From: Podarcis filfolensis
Taxonomy: Eukaryota
Direction: 5' to 3' (one strand)
DNA: 64,000 nucleotides
Assembly: GCA_964270895.1 (NCBI GenBank)
Contig: OZ185440.1
Position numbers and translations under genes: made by a program. The notes under the pieces are model-generated. The model made no database searches and was not told the origin of the DNA. It saw only the letters and a program-made list of their open reading frames with translations. Below, piece by piece: positions 48,505-61,553 of this stretch. Position 1 is the stretch's first letter. Every line of letters begins with the position of its first letter.

Positions 48505-48682
48505 CGGCTGTGAAAAGGGCAAATTCCATGCTAGGGATCATTAGGAAATGAATTGAGAATAAAACTGCTGATATAATAATCCAAATCTATTACACAGATC
48601 CTTGGTGCATTTGGAATACTGTGTGCAATCTTGGTCATCTCACTTCCAAGTGGATATTGTAGAGTTGGAAAAGGTTCAGAAC
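48505..48682 (+). mobile_element. Old CR1 ORF2 fragment
   Basis: GCAAATTCCATGCTAGGGATCATTAGG...GAATACTGTGTGCAA...GAGTTGGAAAAGGTTCAGA resembles the CR1 segment at 38375-38540. Confidence 0.65.
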
Positions 48683-51642
48683 ACGTCAACCCCTCTCAGA
48701 CAAAATGACCATAATTAAAATGAAGCTGCCACACCTGTTCCAAACCCAATCTGGATTCCCCCTGCGCAACTCCACAAGTGGCCAATTTTTTGGGGTGAGG
48801 CTTAGCATAATTTACTAGATCCATAGGACTCTCTGGCATGATAGCGAGCTGAGGTTCCAATTGGGGCAGGTCTGGAAATTTGTAACATCCCTGTAGGATT
48901 TTCTACATTAAACAGTCTAGGCAATAATTCCTGATCAACTCTCAAGTTCCTGCAGCTGCCTGGTTTCTATTTTCCTTCTTAAACACCTCAATTGTTTTAT
49001 GGGGATTTTGACAACTCACATTAGATTCTATAATCAAGACAAACTAGTTATTTAAACAAGGACCTTGCAGACAAATCCATACTCTGGAACTTTCATTTGC
49101 CATCTTCTTCCTCCACCCCTCCTGTTGATTATACATAATTTTTTTCATTATAATATCTTCTCTCTGCCTTGTCACCTGCACAGCCCATTTAATCAGTTTT
49201 TGATATATCATTTGTCACCCTTGCCACCCCTAGCGTCCTCTCTGAAACATGCATCATCATGCAGTAGCAGTAATAAAGTAGGGTTTTTTTTGCTCCCCCC
49301 CCCCGCCCGTGACTATTATACTTGCTGGTGGGATAACTAACTAATTGGGTGGTATTCAACTAAGTTCTACTCAGAGTAGACCCATTGTGGCTTGTGAAAG
49401 TGGTTTTTACCTGGGTCCAACATCAGCATAGAGTTTCTCCTTCTATCTCAGATCCGCAGTAGCCCATCTGTGCAGACAGAAAAATGTCACTGTTGGGCCA
49501 CAACCTTTTTGCCATGCACCTGCACCTGACACTGTGTGGCCAAGTTCTCCTTGCAGCTTGGCAGGATAGGAAGGTCCCATTGCCACACACACCCCTCTCT
49601 GGCAGTGGAAGATTGGTTTCCCCCCATGGGGCAAGCTCATGTTGCAGCAACAGTTGTGTGTGTGAACTCCAGAGCCACATTAGCCGGACATGGATATCAT
49701 AGAATTATAGAATTGTAGAGTTAGAAGGGGTTCATCTATTCCAACCCCTAAAAGACAGGAATTTCAACTAAAGCATCCATGGCAGTTGGCCAGTAGCATG
49801 CTAGGACACAACAAGCATAGATATTTGTGTAAATAGGGAATATGTCAATAAGAGCTAGGCGGAAAGGCAGAGAAAATCATATACAGCAGGGGGGACTAGC
49901 CTGTGGCTATCTGGTCCCAGCCAGCTCTTGCCTGGTGGCCAAGGATAATTGAGAGTCCAAGCATGCCTGGAGCACCACAAGTTATCTACCACCCCAATAT
50001 ACAGATATGAAATACTTGCTTGCTCACTAAGCAGCTTCAAACAGAGAACATCTGTTGATGTTCAACATCACTGTTCAAAGAAGATAATTTTGAAGATCAG
50101 ATTTGATTCAGATGTAACTAGTTCAATAACTGGAGCAGCAGGTAGATTTAACATAACTCTGTACTGCATTTTAAAGCTTGGCACCCCACCCACCATCAAA
50201 CTTAGAGCATCTAATATGTGTTCTAATTCATATACATTTATGCATGCAAAATAGGTCATTGTAACTTCAAAAGAACTTTTAAAATATTAGGATGGATTAA
50301 AAACTCTGGGTATGGGCTCTTGTTTTCTACCCTTCAGAACAGTAATCCCAGAAGGCAAATTTGGAGCACACTTATAAATGATTGGAAGGGGGGGAATAAG
50401 GAAAAGCCCCCATCCCCAAATCCATTTCAGAATGCCCTCCAACAGCTGTGGCTATTGAGATGCTTTTGCATCCTGTCGCCAAAAATCGTTTGCATAGTGA
50501 GATCAGAGACTAGACTTCAAAAGCTAGGCACTGGAAAACTGATTCCTTGTGGGGGCCAGGTGACTCATGCAATTTGCATGCCATGCGTGATGGTAATGCA
50601 GACTGGATTTCTGGATAATGAGCTCACACAACACATTGTTCTGATTGTGCCAAGGGCATGTCCCACTGGAGCCTAGTCCTAACCACCAACTCAAGGAAAA
50701 TGTTGTCGTGAGCCTGAATGCCTGGTGCCACCACCTTTGTGGAGCCACCAACTTTGTGGAGCCAGGTGAACCAGGATAGCAGAGCATGGTGAGATCAAGA
50801 CTGGCAAAGGGGCCACTTCCACAGTGTCACCATGACATTTTCACACTTGAGGTCCCTTGAGGGTTGCATGGATTACAAGTGTTGTCCAACAGATATTGAG
50901 CTTTAGTTCTTCTACCAGGTGATCTAAGAATAAACTCCCTTGACAGGCAGTATTAAGAGCTTCTCAGTTTCCTGCCCCAATGACCAAGGATTAAGCATAA
51001 AAAGAAGAGCATTCTTTTCTTGTTGCAAAGATTTGTCGTAACAGCCATCAGAAAGCTCCAGGGCACTTGGATTTCAGAAGCTAGAGAAGACCCTGGGGAG
51101 TGGAATGCTGAACTGAACATCTCATTCCTCTTTGTGCTGTAGGGAGGGCATGTTTTTTTCCTCTACCACTAGACGCTAGTCCTGCCAATGTATTACAAAA
51201 GAAGTGAAGGCCTTTCCTTTTTCAACAATATGTTCATTCTACTGGATTCAAGTTTTTAACCTGATCCTTTTGAAAAGCAATGTGGGTGTACACATTGTCA
51301 GTTGGCCTTAGGGAGAAAAGATACGTATTTCCTTTCAGGCAAGGAAGGCCTCTTCTCTCTCTCCTTCATCCTGTAAGGAATTGCTATAAACTCAGCTTAG
51401 CATCCATGCAAGATTTAGCGCACAGGTAGGAAACCCCAGGCTGGCTTCGTTTTCTGCAGGCCCTTAAACCCCCATCCTTCTATCTCAGCAGAGTTCCTTC
51501 TTTCCTGTTCCTTTTCCCTTAATTTTTCCTGGTTTCCTGAAGTGTTTCTCCCCTGCTCCTCCTCCCCCTATGTACGTTCTGAATGGGCACTATTTTGGGT
51601 TAAATAATATTTTCCCTCTGCCAATGTGGATTGGGGGGGGAG

Positions 51643-52174
51643 TGTGGGATGTAAAACACAAGAGCAGTCAAGTACCAACATTCCTAGAGTGAACATGTTT
51701 ATACATGGGGAGGAATGTTTGTCCAGCCAGCAAGTAAACTTCCTGTTTCCTTCTGGGCTGGGACAGACTTCCTCTGCATGTGACTAGAGGTGGGCGTGGC
51801 CTCACCTGTGCAGGTAACGACAAAAGCACAGGGCAGGGCAGCCATCTCTCTCTCTTTGACTACGTGCATCGAAGAAGCAACATCTGCTTAGCCAAAGATG
51901 TACTCTTGGCCAGCCGAGGACAAAGGGACTGTCTTCTTATGAGATAGCTTAGAAAAGTAATATACACCGGGAAACTAAGTCTGCCTTCTGGGATCCTATT
52001 GTGATTAAACCTTTTTATACTTTTATAGAAGACTGTGTCGTGTCGTATCTTTTTTGAGGGGTTAAGGGGGAATACCAGAAGTTACTATAGTTGCTTTAGC
52101 GAGCCTGAGCAAATGCATCCGCTGCAAGTTTAAAAAGGGGAACGTTACTCTGCTAAATTGTGAATTTGTTAACA
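51643..52174 (+). mobile_element. Candidate solo LTR
   Basis: TG... / ...TGTTAACA ends, promoter-like U3 (GGGCGTGG), ATTAAA followed by a GT-rich tract; no convincing TSD, so boundaries are uncertain. Confidence 0.45.
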
Positions 52175-52600
52175 CAAGTTGGAAAGGCAATATATCCTCT
52201 CCTGCACCCCTCTCCATACGGAGAGCTTTCCCACCCTACCCACACTGTCTTTAAAATCAGAAACTACTTCCACTTGCTTTCCAGAACTCCAAACCACAAA
52301 ACAAACACCTCTATAGACTTACCTGAGGCAAACTCATCAAAATCCAGTGGATCCTTTTTTCTGATCTTAGGCAGCCATGGTGGGGATTGAAACCCTCTTT
52401 ATCTGGATCAATCCAAACATTTTTGTCTCTGGCTTCTTCCGTTGGCCCCTTGGCCCCGAGGGAATGCAGCTCTCAACAGGAAAAAGCCCCCCTCTCTTTT
52501 GTGCATCCAAGGTCACCCCTGCTATGTTGGAGACGCTGTCAATCGATAGGGTCATATAAACATATATGGTGGGACTGCTCTAAGGTTTGGGGTTGATGGT
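52175..52600 (+). mobile_element. Old L1 ORF2 C-terminal remnant
   Basis: YKHIWWDCSKVW at ~52555-52590 matches the L1 HxWWxCxK motif of the copy at 24460-25189. Confidence 0.5.
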
Positions 52601-52805
52601 TTTGCTGAGATTACTTGATGCTGAGTTGGATTGTCTTTTCAGTACAGGGTGAAGACCCCCCCCCACCCCTGAAAGAAGTAGCTGTCAGAGCCTCTGAGAG
52701 AGATTAATACTCAGGGAGATTCATGTTTTAGTACTGAACTTCATCCTGTTTCAAACACTGACAGTGCTACTGATTTACCATTTCATCTTTCTTATTGTTT
52801 TGCTA

Positions 52806-52925
52806 TCATGGAATCATAAACTTGGAAGGGACCACGTGGGTTATCTAGTCCAACCCCTGCAATGCAGGATTCTTTTGCCCAATGCGGGGATTCAAACCCA
52901 TGACACTGAGATGGGTACCAGCTGA
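52806..52925 (-). mobile_element. CR1-tailed SINE (Squam2/Anolis-SINE2-like)
   Basis: Reverse CR1 tail followed by a reverse B-box-like GGATTCAAACCC; a similar tail lies at ~49697-49790. Confidence 0.55.
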
Positions 52926-54147
52926 GCTATCCTGGCTCACCAATTGTTTCATTTGGAGGCTGTAGAGCAGGCTGCTAAACCTCTTAAACACCAACAGATA
53001 TATTTGTGCAACTTCCACTTGCACATGAAAGTACAAATGCGCAGAAAAAGCTCCTGCATGTTTGAGGCAGCAGCGCTGGAGAATCGGCTAGATGGAAATG
53101 CCGAAAGAAACATTTAGCAGTGGAGATGGAGGAGGCATAACAATACACAGAAATAAAGGATCCATGTTGTCTCCAACTCAACGCTATTAAGTCACTCCAA
53201 ACATGATGCGTATTGTGGAAGCAAACAGCATCCCATCCATTTCCCTTTTGCTTGCTGCTGTGTATTGTTAAGAGTGATTAAAGGTGATCAGGAAAAAGAG
53301 TGGTAAGATAGTAAGATACACAATGGAAGTGATGGAAGCAACTTCCCAGTAATTCTCTGTAGTCTTTTTTGCCGCTGTTGAATATTTTTTTTAAAAAAAC
53401 AAAGACAGACAGACCCTCATTCCCATTCAGTGATTGTCATCTCTTACCATTACTGAAAACCCTGTTCTCATTACCCTAAGTTTTGGGAATTCATTTGCGT
53501 AAGGGTGTAGCTTTCATTGAGATGGACGATAGGACGATCAGAACATTCCTCCCCAAATAAATAAAAATAAAAATCCTCTCTGTGGAGAAACTAGCATGGC
53601 AGAGTAACGCATTCTAGCATTTTATTCTGACCTTATTTCTGCAAGGAACTGATTTTTATGGAGGAGCACTCAGTGCTGGAAGACCCCAGCCTAAAGTCAT
53701 ACAGATCAATGTAGACAGTTACCAGCCAGTGAAAATTACTCCTAAGCAAAGATTGCCACCTTCTGTTTACAAAAAAATCCTGGCACTTAAGGATGAGTGA
53801 CTAAACAGGAATTGGGAACTGCTGGCCTGCCAGGGGTCTGAATTTGCCCCCTGAGCCCTTTCTTCCCCAGACATACTAGTCCTAATTCCCATGGAGGGCT
53901 GATCCCTGCCAAGAGTGCAGCTTGCAGTTGGCACCAAGTGCAAGACTGGGATGCACTAAGAGGAAGGCTGAGGAACATTCTTTTGAAGTTTGAATCACCT
54001 GCTGTCAGGTAGATGACTCTCAGCTATCTATCAAAAGTGACCCGGGGAGAGTATTGTTCTGATCCAGAAATCAGTCATGACATGAACACTCTTCTTGGCT
54101 TCACCTTCTTCTTCTTCTTGCCGTTTAATTGAATTGACTGTGGTGGT

Positions 54148-54558
54148 CAGCGTGGATAAAAATCAATGATATGCTATAATGTTGTTTTAGTTAAATAAAT
54201 TGTTTAAATTTTTATTAAGGAAATGATTATTTTTCTCCTTCCAATAAAGTGCAGCAGAAAAGTTGTCCAAATATAAACGGTTAACTTATTAAACCTCACA
54301 ATAATTTCATAATTATCTGTCTATGTATTTCTAATAGTATAACCAAATCAGTAATTTGTGATTTAACTGTATAAACTACTCTGAAAATTTATTATTGATT
54401 TTATTATTCCAAAAATGAAACCTTAATCTGGTTGTAAATATTAAGATTATACCAGCAAGAATGAGTCTTTATGTAAAAAAATGATTTAAATCAAATCTTA
54501 CTGACTAGTGATTTAAATCGTGATTTAAATCAATTTGATTTAAATCAAATCCACCCTG
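54148..54558. mobile_element. AT-rich hAT MITE
   Basis: TIRs CAGCGTGGATA / AATCCACCCTG; perfect 8-bp TSD GTGGTGGT (54140-54147, 54559-54566); subterminal GATTTAAATC palindromes. Confidence 0.88.
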
Positions 54559-55016
54559 GTGGTGGTCCATGTAATTTTGGCGATGTTACAATGCTACCTC
54601 TTCATGTTACAGAATCACATGGATCATCATAACTAATCTGACCTTACAGCCATGTCAGCAAATTAGGGGACAAAGAAGAAACATGGCAATGCAAAGCTGG
54701 GAACAGAAGGCTGCTGAATGGTATCAAAGCAATGCAGGTAGTTTTGTAGCTTGTACTACAGACATGCTGCTTTTAAAGTGGATTTTTGCAATAAAATAGT
54801 TGATGCAGCTGTGTTTTAAATTTAAAGTACAACTCACTCTCAGGCTGGCCAGCACCACTAGTAGAATGAAAGTCACCTAAAGCCACCTTTTAAAAATTGT
54901 GAACTTTAAACACAGAGCAAGCTGAGGACCAGCACCTAAATAAATGAGAGAAAACTGATGCTACTCAGAGAGATAATCATGAGACAAAACAGGAACTTAA
55001 AAGAACTCTCACTTTA

Positions 55017-55375
55017 GGTAAAGGTAAAGGTACCCCTGCCCGTACGGGCCAGTCTTGCCAGACTCTAGGGTTGTGCGCTCATCTCACTCTAGAGGCCGGG
55101 GGCCAGCGCTGTCCGAAGACACTTCGGGGTCACGTGGCCAGCGTGACAAGCTGCATCTGGCGAGCCAGCGCAGCACACGGAACGTCGTTTACCTTCCCGC
55201 TGGTAAGCGGTCCTTATTTATCTACTTGCACCCGGGGGTGCTTTCGAACTGCTAGGTTGGCAGGTGCTGGGACCGAACGGCGGGAGCGCACCCCGCCGCG
55301 GGGATTCGAACCGCTGACCATGCGATCGGCAAGTCCTAGGCGCTGAGGTTTTACCCACAGCGCCACCCGCGTCCC
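55017..55375 (-). mobile_element. Young Sauria SINE with a 54-bp TSD
   Basis: CpG-rich full-length copy of the GGCCCGTACGGGCAGG subtype; identical 54-bp flanks at 54963-55016 and 55397-55450. Confidence 0.95.
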
Positions 55376-55689
55376 TAGAGATAATCATGAGAGATAACTC
55401 AGAGAGATAATCATGAGACAAAACAGGAACTTAAAAGAACTCTCACTTTAACCTATCACAAAAACTGCATTATGATAAGGAAGCCTAGTTTAACAAGCCA
55501 AGCGTTCAACTAGAGGTTTTACCTCACTGGCCACCTGTGACCACAGAAGAGGTAGAGAATTTGATCACACAACTTATGCATTAATGAATGATTTCAAGTG
55601 ACATAACAGCATTGTGAGCGTTGGGGATTAGAGATTAGGCTGTATGTCTGAGTCCCTTCCAATTCAATTGCTGGACTAGTCAGGCCAGT

Positions 55690-56086
55690 GTCTTGGTAAA
55701 GGCCTAAGTATGGGTTGTTAAAGTAACAAAGGAAGTGTCTCTGTGCCAGAGAAGAAATGGGTGGACTCCCCTCCCGTAACTGGCTGGTAGTTAGAAGGAC
55801 CAAAAGCCAGGTTTGAGGTGTGTGCCTGAAGCAGGTGTGAGGCTGAAACCTGTGAGGGACATCTTGCTTTCTGCTGGAATCCAAGGTTGTGGCTATGGGA
55901 GAAGCAAGACCTTCTTGGGGTGTTAGGGCTGTGAGCTCTTCCATCATAGGCTATGTGCAAATAAACCGCAGATCATAAAGACACCTGAATCGCCGCTGCC
56001 CCTCATTCCAAGGAAACCAAACCCTGGGAAAGTGCCTGGGACCCCTGGAATCTTGCCTCTGTCAGAGATTGGGGTGGTTTGCAACA
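55690..56086 (+). mobile_element. Candidate solo LTR
   Basis: AATAAA at 55960-55965, 3' end ...TTGCAACA, LTR-like composition; left end and TSD not resolved. Confidence 0.4.
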
Positions 56087-56820
56087 ATACATTGATTTTA
56101 CCTAAAAGGAAAGGAAATTAAAAGGGAATGGAGATGAAGGACTTGCCACTTCTTTAAAGAAAAAGTTGTCACTTTGCTCAGGGAGTGCTGCACTTCTAAT
56201 TACAGCCAGACACTGAAATTTGCATGTAGCTTGACAGAGAACAGAAATGTATTAGAAATTAAAGCAGCTTCCCATTTAATTTTAATTTGAGGAGCTTCCT
56301 CAGAACACACTCTATAGCTTTCCTCTTATTCCAGTATCTATTTTGTTAGAGTAATTGAGAATTAAATAAAGACACTGCAAAGACAAAGATGTTGCAGAGC
56401 TGGAGAAACAATTACGAGCTTATCACACACACACATGGAAATTTACTACTATGAAAGCCATGAAGCACACATTGTTTTGCTCCCAGTGGAAAGCTTGTTG
56501 AGGAAAAATAGGAAGGGTAGAAGCACTTTGGCAAAAATAAGTTGCAGAAAACTGGAGCAGAGCAACGGCGGTCAAGTCTCCACATTGAGACTGCTTTGTC
56601 CATTGAAGAAGGCTTAAGGCTGGCATGTGAAGTCATGAAGGAGAAAAAGAGAGAGGTGAGAAAAGTCACAAAAGGTGGCAAAAAACTGAAAGATTTGAAT
56701 TGCTATTTTGCTGAGTGCTAGTACCATACAGCAGAAGGCAGAATTTATGCTTGGTGAAGTTTTCTTGAATATCCACACGAGTGCTTTAACGAGTAATTGC
56801 TATTTACTATTCTGAAACTC

Positions 56821-57589
56821 TGATGGCAGAAAGTGAGGAGGAATTAAAGAACCTTTTATTGAGGGTAAAAGAGGAGAGCGCAAAATATGGTCTGAAGCTC
56901 AACATCAAAAAAACGAAGATCATGGCCACTGGTCCCATCACCTCCTGGCAAATAGAAGGAGAAGAAATGGAGGCAGTGAGAGATTTTACTTTCTTGGGTT
57001 CCATGATCACTGCAGATGGTGACAGCAGCCACGAAATTAAGAGACGCCTGCTTCTTGGGAGGAAAGCAATGACCAACCTAGACAGCATCTTAAAAAGTAG
57101 AGACATCACCTTGCCAACAAAGGTCCGTATAGTAAAAGCTATGGTTTTCCCAGTAGTGATGTATGGAAGTGAGAGCTGGACCATAAAGAAGGCTGATCGT
57201 CGAAGAATTGATGCTTTTGAATTATGGTGCTGGAGGAGACTCTTGAGAGTCCCATGGACTGCAAGAAGATCAAACCTATCCATTCTTAAGGAAATCAGCC
57301 CTGAGTGCTCACTGGAAGGACAGATCGTGAAGCTGAGGCTCCAATACTTTGGCCACCTCATGAGAAGAGAAGACTCCCTGGAAAAGACCCTGATGTTGGG
57401 AAAGATGGAGGGCACAAGGAGAAGGGGACGACAGAGGACGAGATGGTTGGATAGTGTCTTCGAAGCTACAAACATGAGTCTGACTAAACTGCGGGAGGCA
57501 GTGGAAGACAGAAGTGCCTGGCGTGCTCTGGTCCATGGGGTCACGAAGAGTCGGACACGACTAAACCACTAAACAACAACAACAACAAC
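56821..57589 (+). mobile_element. 5'-truncated Bov-B (RTE) LINE, young
   Basis: Uninterrupted 249-aa frame (MAESEEELK...LKLNIKKTKIMATG...DAFELWCWRRLLRVPWTARRSN) typical of Bov-B ORF C-terminus; (AAC)n tail; 12-bp TSD ATTCTGAAACTC (56809-56820, 57590-57601). Confidence 0.97.
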
Positions 57590-58221
57590 ATTCTGAAACT
57601 CAGTCTATAGAGCTGGTGGCTTTCAGATTCCAAGATGTCTGATGCACCAATCATCCACATTTTCCAGACTGTTGGAATCAATATGCTAGAATATTCTGAA
57701 ATCTGGTGCCATTTCAAAGCACTACCATGGAGACACAGTGTAAGAATGAGATGTTTCCTTCCAGACTGACACCCATTGCTTGGCTAATTGAACCTTGAAG
57801 GCAACTCTGAAATTAGAATTTCTTCCTTGTGAACGGGCTTTCCTTTGCTGATCAGCTAAATGTATTTCTTAATTTCAAGTTCATACATGGATGGTCACAC
57901 CTCATACCTAAATCCAGAAAAACTGAGAAATGCAGAGGGCGTTAAATGTCACCTGGGTCAAGGTGCTCTTGAGAATCATCTTTCCTCATAAGGTGTGGGG
58001 GAGCAAAAGCATTAAAAAGACAAGCAATTTTCATTCATTCCGTTACACATGTTCAAAACAAGAGTATCAGTAACTGATCTAACCCGTGTCCCAGTCTGGA
58101 AGCTATGAACCCTGCAATTAAGTATCACTGTTGGGTGATGAGGAACAAGTGAGTATCCAAATGAGATCTAATTGCTGCTGTCCCTCTCTCATACCTGCTA
58201 CATTATCATTACTGCATCATG

Positions 58222-58437
58222 CACAGGGGAATAGTGGTTAGCGTACTGGACCAGGATGAATCATGTTCAAATCCCCACTCAGCCATGAAGCTGGATAACC
58301 TTGGGCCAATCACAGACTCTCAGTCTAACTTGTCTTACAGGGTTGTTTTGAGGGCAAAATGGGAAGAGAACCCTGTACACCACCTCTTCGGCTCCTTGGA
58401 GGAAGGGGAGGATATAAATGTAACAAAATAAATAAAT
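58222..58437 (+). mobile_element. MIR-derived (Squam3-like) SINE, old
   Basis: ATAGTGGTTAGCG...GTTCAAATCCCCACTCAGCCATGAAG...ACAGGGTTGTT...AATAAATAAAT. Confidence 0.7.
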
Positions 58438-59386
58438 GATAGCACTCTTTCAGTTGTAAAGACTACCATAGCGTTCTCTGTCCTTGGTTAATCTTTCACT
58501 TCTTCCAACTCTTTGGAGTGGCAGCCAGAGATTATTCCGTGTTGCTATGTCTAGAGAGACTGAAAAGGCAGTGGGTTGACAACTGGGGGTCCACCCTCCA
58601 AGCGACTGATGGCAACAACAGAAGGGAGTAGTGGCACAGGTATGCGATCACATTTTGCGAGGCTGCAATAGTCCAGTCAAGATGGCTATGGCAGTACCAT
58701 CAACATAGCACCCTAGATTCCGCTCCCAGATATTTTTTTATCAGAATTATAAAAACTGATGCCTTCATTTTTTAAAAAAGTTCACATGGTTGAAGAGAAA
58801 AAACTGAATCAGCTATTTGTAGGCAAAAAATTTTAGAATGTGATTTACATGGAAATAACGCCTTCATGTATGTGACAAATACCAAAGAAATGCTGGAAGA
58901 CATGTTGAACTTCTGTAACATCATGTGGAGTTATTTATTCCAAACGGAACTCCTCCTCTAGCCCCAGAAAGCCAGGTCAATATTGTAATGTGAAGGTGGC
59001 CTTCTCCTCCTCTGAGTAAGGGTGGGTGGATGGCGTGGAAAATACATGTAGAAAACTCTCTTCTGCTGTGACTGAGAAAAAGCCCATTTATTTTTAAATG
59101 AAAGTTGGGGTTCTCTGGATTCCATTTAAAACCAGGCCTGGCCAGGAAATGAGATTTCAGTACAGCATGCTGTCCACATGTTGCCATGCGCTCTTCACTA
59201 GAACTGCAATCCAGCTAAAGAAACTGGAAATAAAATTGGTAATCATGTGTTTTGGTCAATTACTTTTCCATTTCTTAAGCAAGAAGCATATTTTTCTTTT
59301 TTTCAGGGAATACACACATGGCTTGGTGTGATTTATTCCATCCAATGTGAGAGAAAAGGTGAATGCTTCTTTTCATGTTTGCCATC

Positions 59387-59424
<38 letters not shown>

Positions 59425-61171
59425 CGGTGCTTACATGAAAAAGATTGTTTGGAAAAATCTGCTACCCAATTAACTGAAATCACCCTTTAAAATTTTTGTT
59501 TCTGATTAAGCCAACTATTTAATTAATTCAACTATAAAACAATGTAGCCCTATTTTTTAGGGGTGTGAAGTATTCCGAAATGCCACACCCCCCCACCCTC
59601 CACAAACAAACAAGCCTTCACTTTTTGGCTGACAAATTAACAATAAGGAACATTTGAAATCACAGTTTATTTCCCCATTCTCTTCACTTGTACAATTAAG
59701 TGTATGCATGGTTATTAAAAAATAAGGCTACCATAGCCTGTCCCCAAAATATATTACAACATTCAAAATGCTTGGCTTCTACAAGTGACACAAATGGGGG
59801 GTGGGGTGTTTAGTGGCAGGGAGGGGTTGAACAAACTGGACCATATGTGGACAGGCTTTGTGGCCTTTCACCTCCAGTTAAAGAATTTCAATATAATTCA
59901 GATCAGAAGGGACAGAAAGTCATTATTGATAGTTTGGTGGCCTGTCAAGGAGATAATGGTGCCAACTCTGCTCCCAAGCAACACATGCCCACTTCACTGA
60001 TGGCACCCTGACTTAGCTGGCAGTCCAGAGAAGTGGCCATGCAGCAGGTGGGCTTGGAGACTGAGCCGCTTGCGTGGACTTAGAAGTGGTCCCCTCACAT
60101 CAGGATTGAGGAATTAATGTTTGTTAAACAGACTGCTCTGGTAGGCTTCAGCGTCTGGAAAAGTAAACCTGCCCGAACTCATAAATCATTTCAAAAACAA
60201 AAGCAAGTAAACCAAATTTTACTTGATGGCCTCAAATTAGAAAGACACATGTCAGGATAACAGATGTTTCCCCGCTTTGTGGGAATGGGGAGTGGGGGAG
60301 AAGAGAAAAAAGGACAGACGTGGTGATCCAGAAGGTCAGTCCTTGAAAAAAATCCTGGTACAAGGGCAAACCTGTCTCCATGTCTATCATCAGAGGGCCA
60401 TCTGCTTCTATGTGTGGCTCAATGAACTTTTGACTATTCATTTTTCAGCATCCACTTTTATTTAAAATAATCCACGTCTCCCTCCCCCATCATAAAAATT
60501 AGACAAGCAATAGAACCAGCAGCAGCAAAGTCTGTGGAGTTAATGTGGGTGGTACTGAATTCCCAGGTGCTTCCCAGATTCCCACAGTGTCCTAAGAGTG
60601 TCCCATACGTGAAAACAAACCCCCCAAAATGTGATCACTCTGAGAAGGAAGAGCAGGTTAGCTTCGGTTTTGTGCCCCACTGAGAATCCCCGATGAAAGC
60701 AGGATCAAGTATTCAAAGCCTTGAGAGAGAACATCTTTCATACTAGCTCCAGTACCTGGTTAAAAGAAAAGTAGAAAACAATTAATAAGGGAAAAGCAGA
60801 CACCATTTTATTTCCTTATTCACAAACAACCTTCTAGCTTAGGGACATATTTGAGGTGGTGCAGGCAACCATATTTGTTGCTTACATGGCTGCATGCATT
60901 AAGTGGGAGGCAGGAAGAAAATCAGTTTTTATTAACAAGACACAGATAACATGGATGAACAGAGGTAGGGGAACTTCTCTTTCCCCTAGCCTAGCTCCCG
61001 ATACTACAAGTGAGCTAGGCTAGAAGAAAAAGAGTCTGAAGCAATGAAGTGAGGTCTGTTGGCTCATTTCCTTGTTTCATGAAAAGACTGCACATGAATC
61101 CCCATCCTGTTTTATTGAGGAATAGAAAAGGTGGCTCCTTGTCTAATGTGGCCCTTGAAAGTGGTCTGGTC

Positions 61172-61553
61172 CAGGGGTCTCCAAGCTTTCCTTGCCTTGG
61201 GCCGGTGTCTCCAGCGACAATTGTGCAGCGGGCCATAGGGCAGGGGAGCACACGCCCATATGCGTGCACACACACACACTATTTCCGGCGCACTTCTGGG
61301 TCGGAGGAGCACCGGAAACAGCTTGTGCGCATGTGCACGGGCCTCCTCTGACCTGGATGTGCACCGGAAATAGCGTTTGGCGCACACGTTGCACATGCGC
61401 AAATGCTATTTCTGGTACACATCCGGGTCAGAGGAGGCCCGTGCACATGCGCACAAGCTATTTCCAGTGCTTCTCCGACCTGGAAGTGGGTCCCTGAGTG
61501 GGTGGCGGGAGTCGCTGCATGCCAGCCCCCGGGCCATAGGCTGGTGATCCCTG
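61172..61553. mobile_element. hAT (Charlie-like) MITE with a long internal inverted repeat
   Basis: TIR CAGGGGTCTCCA / TGGTGATCCCTG; 8-bp TSD GTCTGGTC / GTCTAGTC (61164-61171, 61554-61561). Confidence 0.85.
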
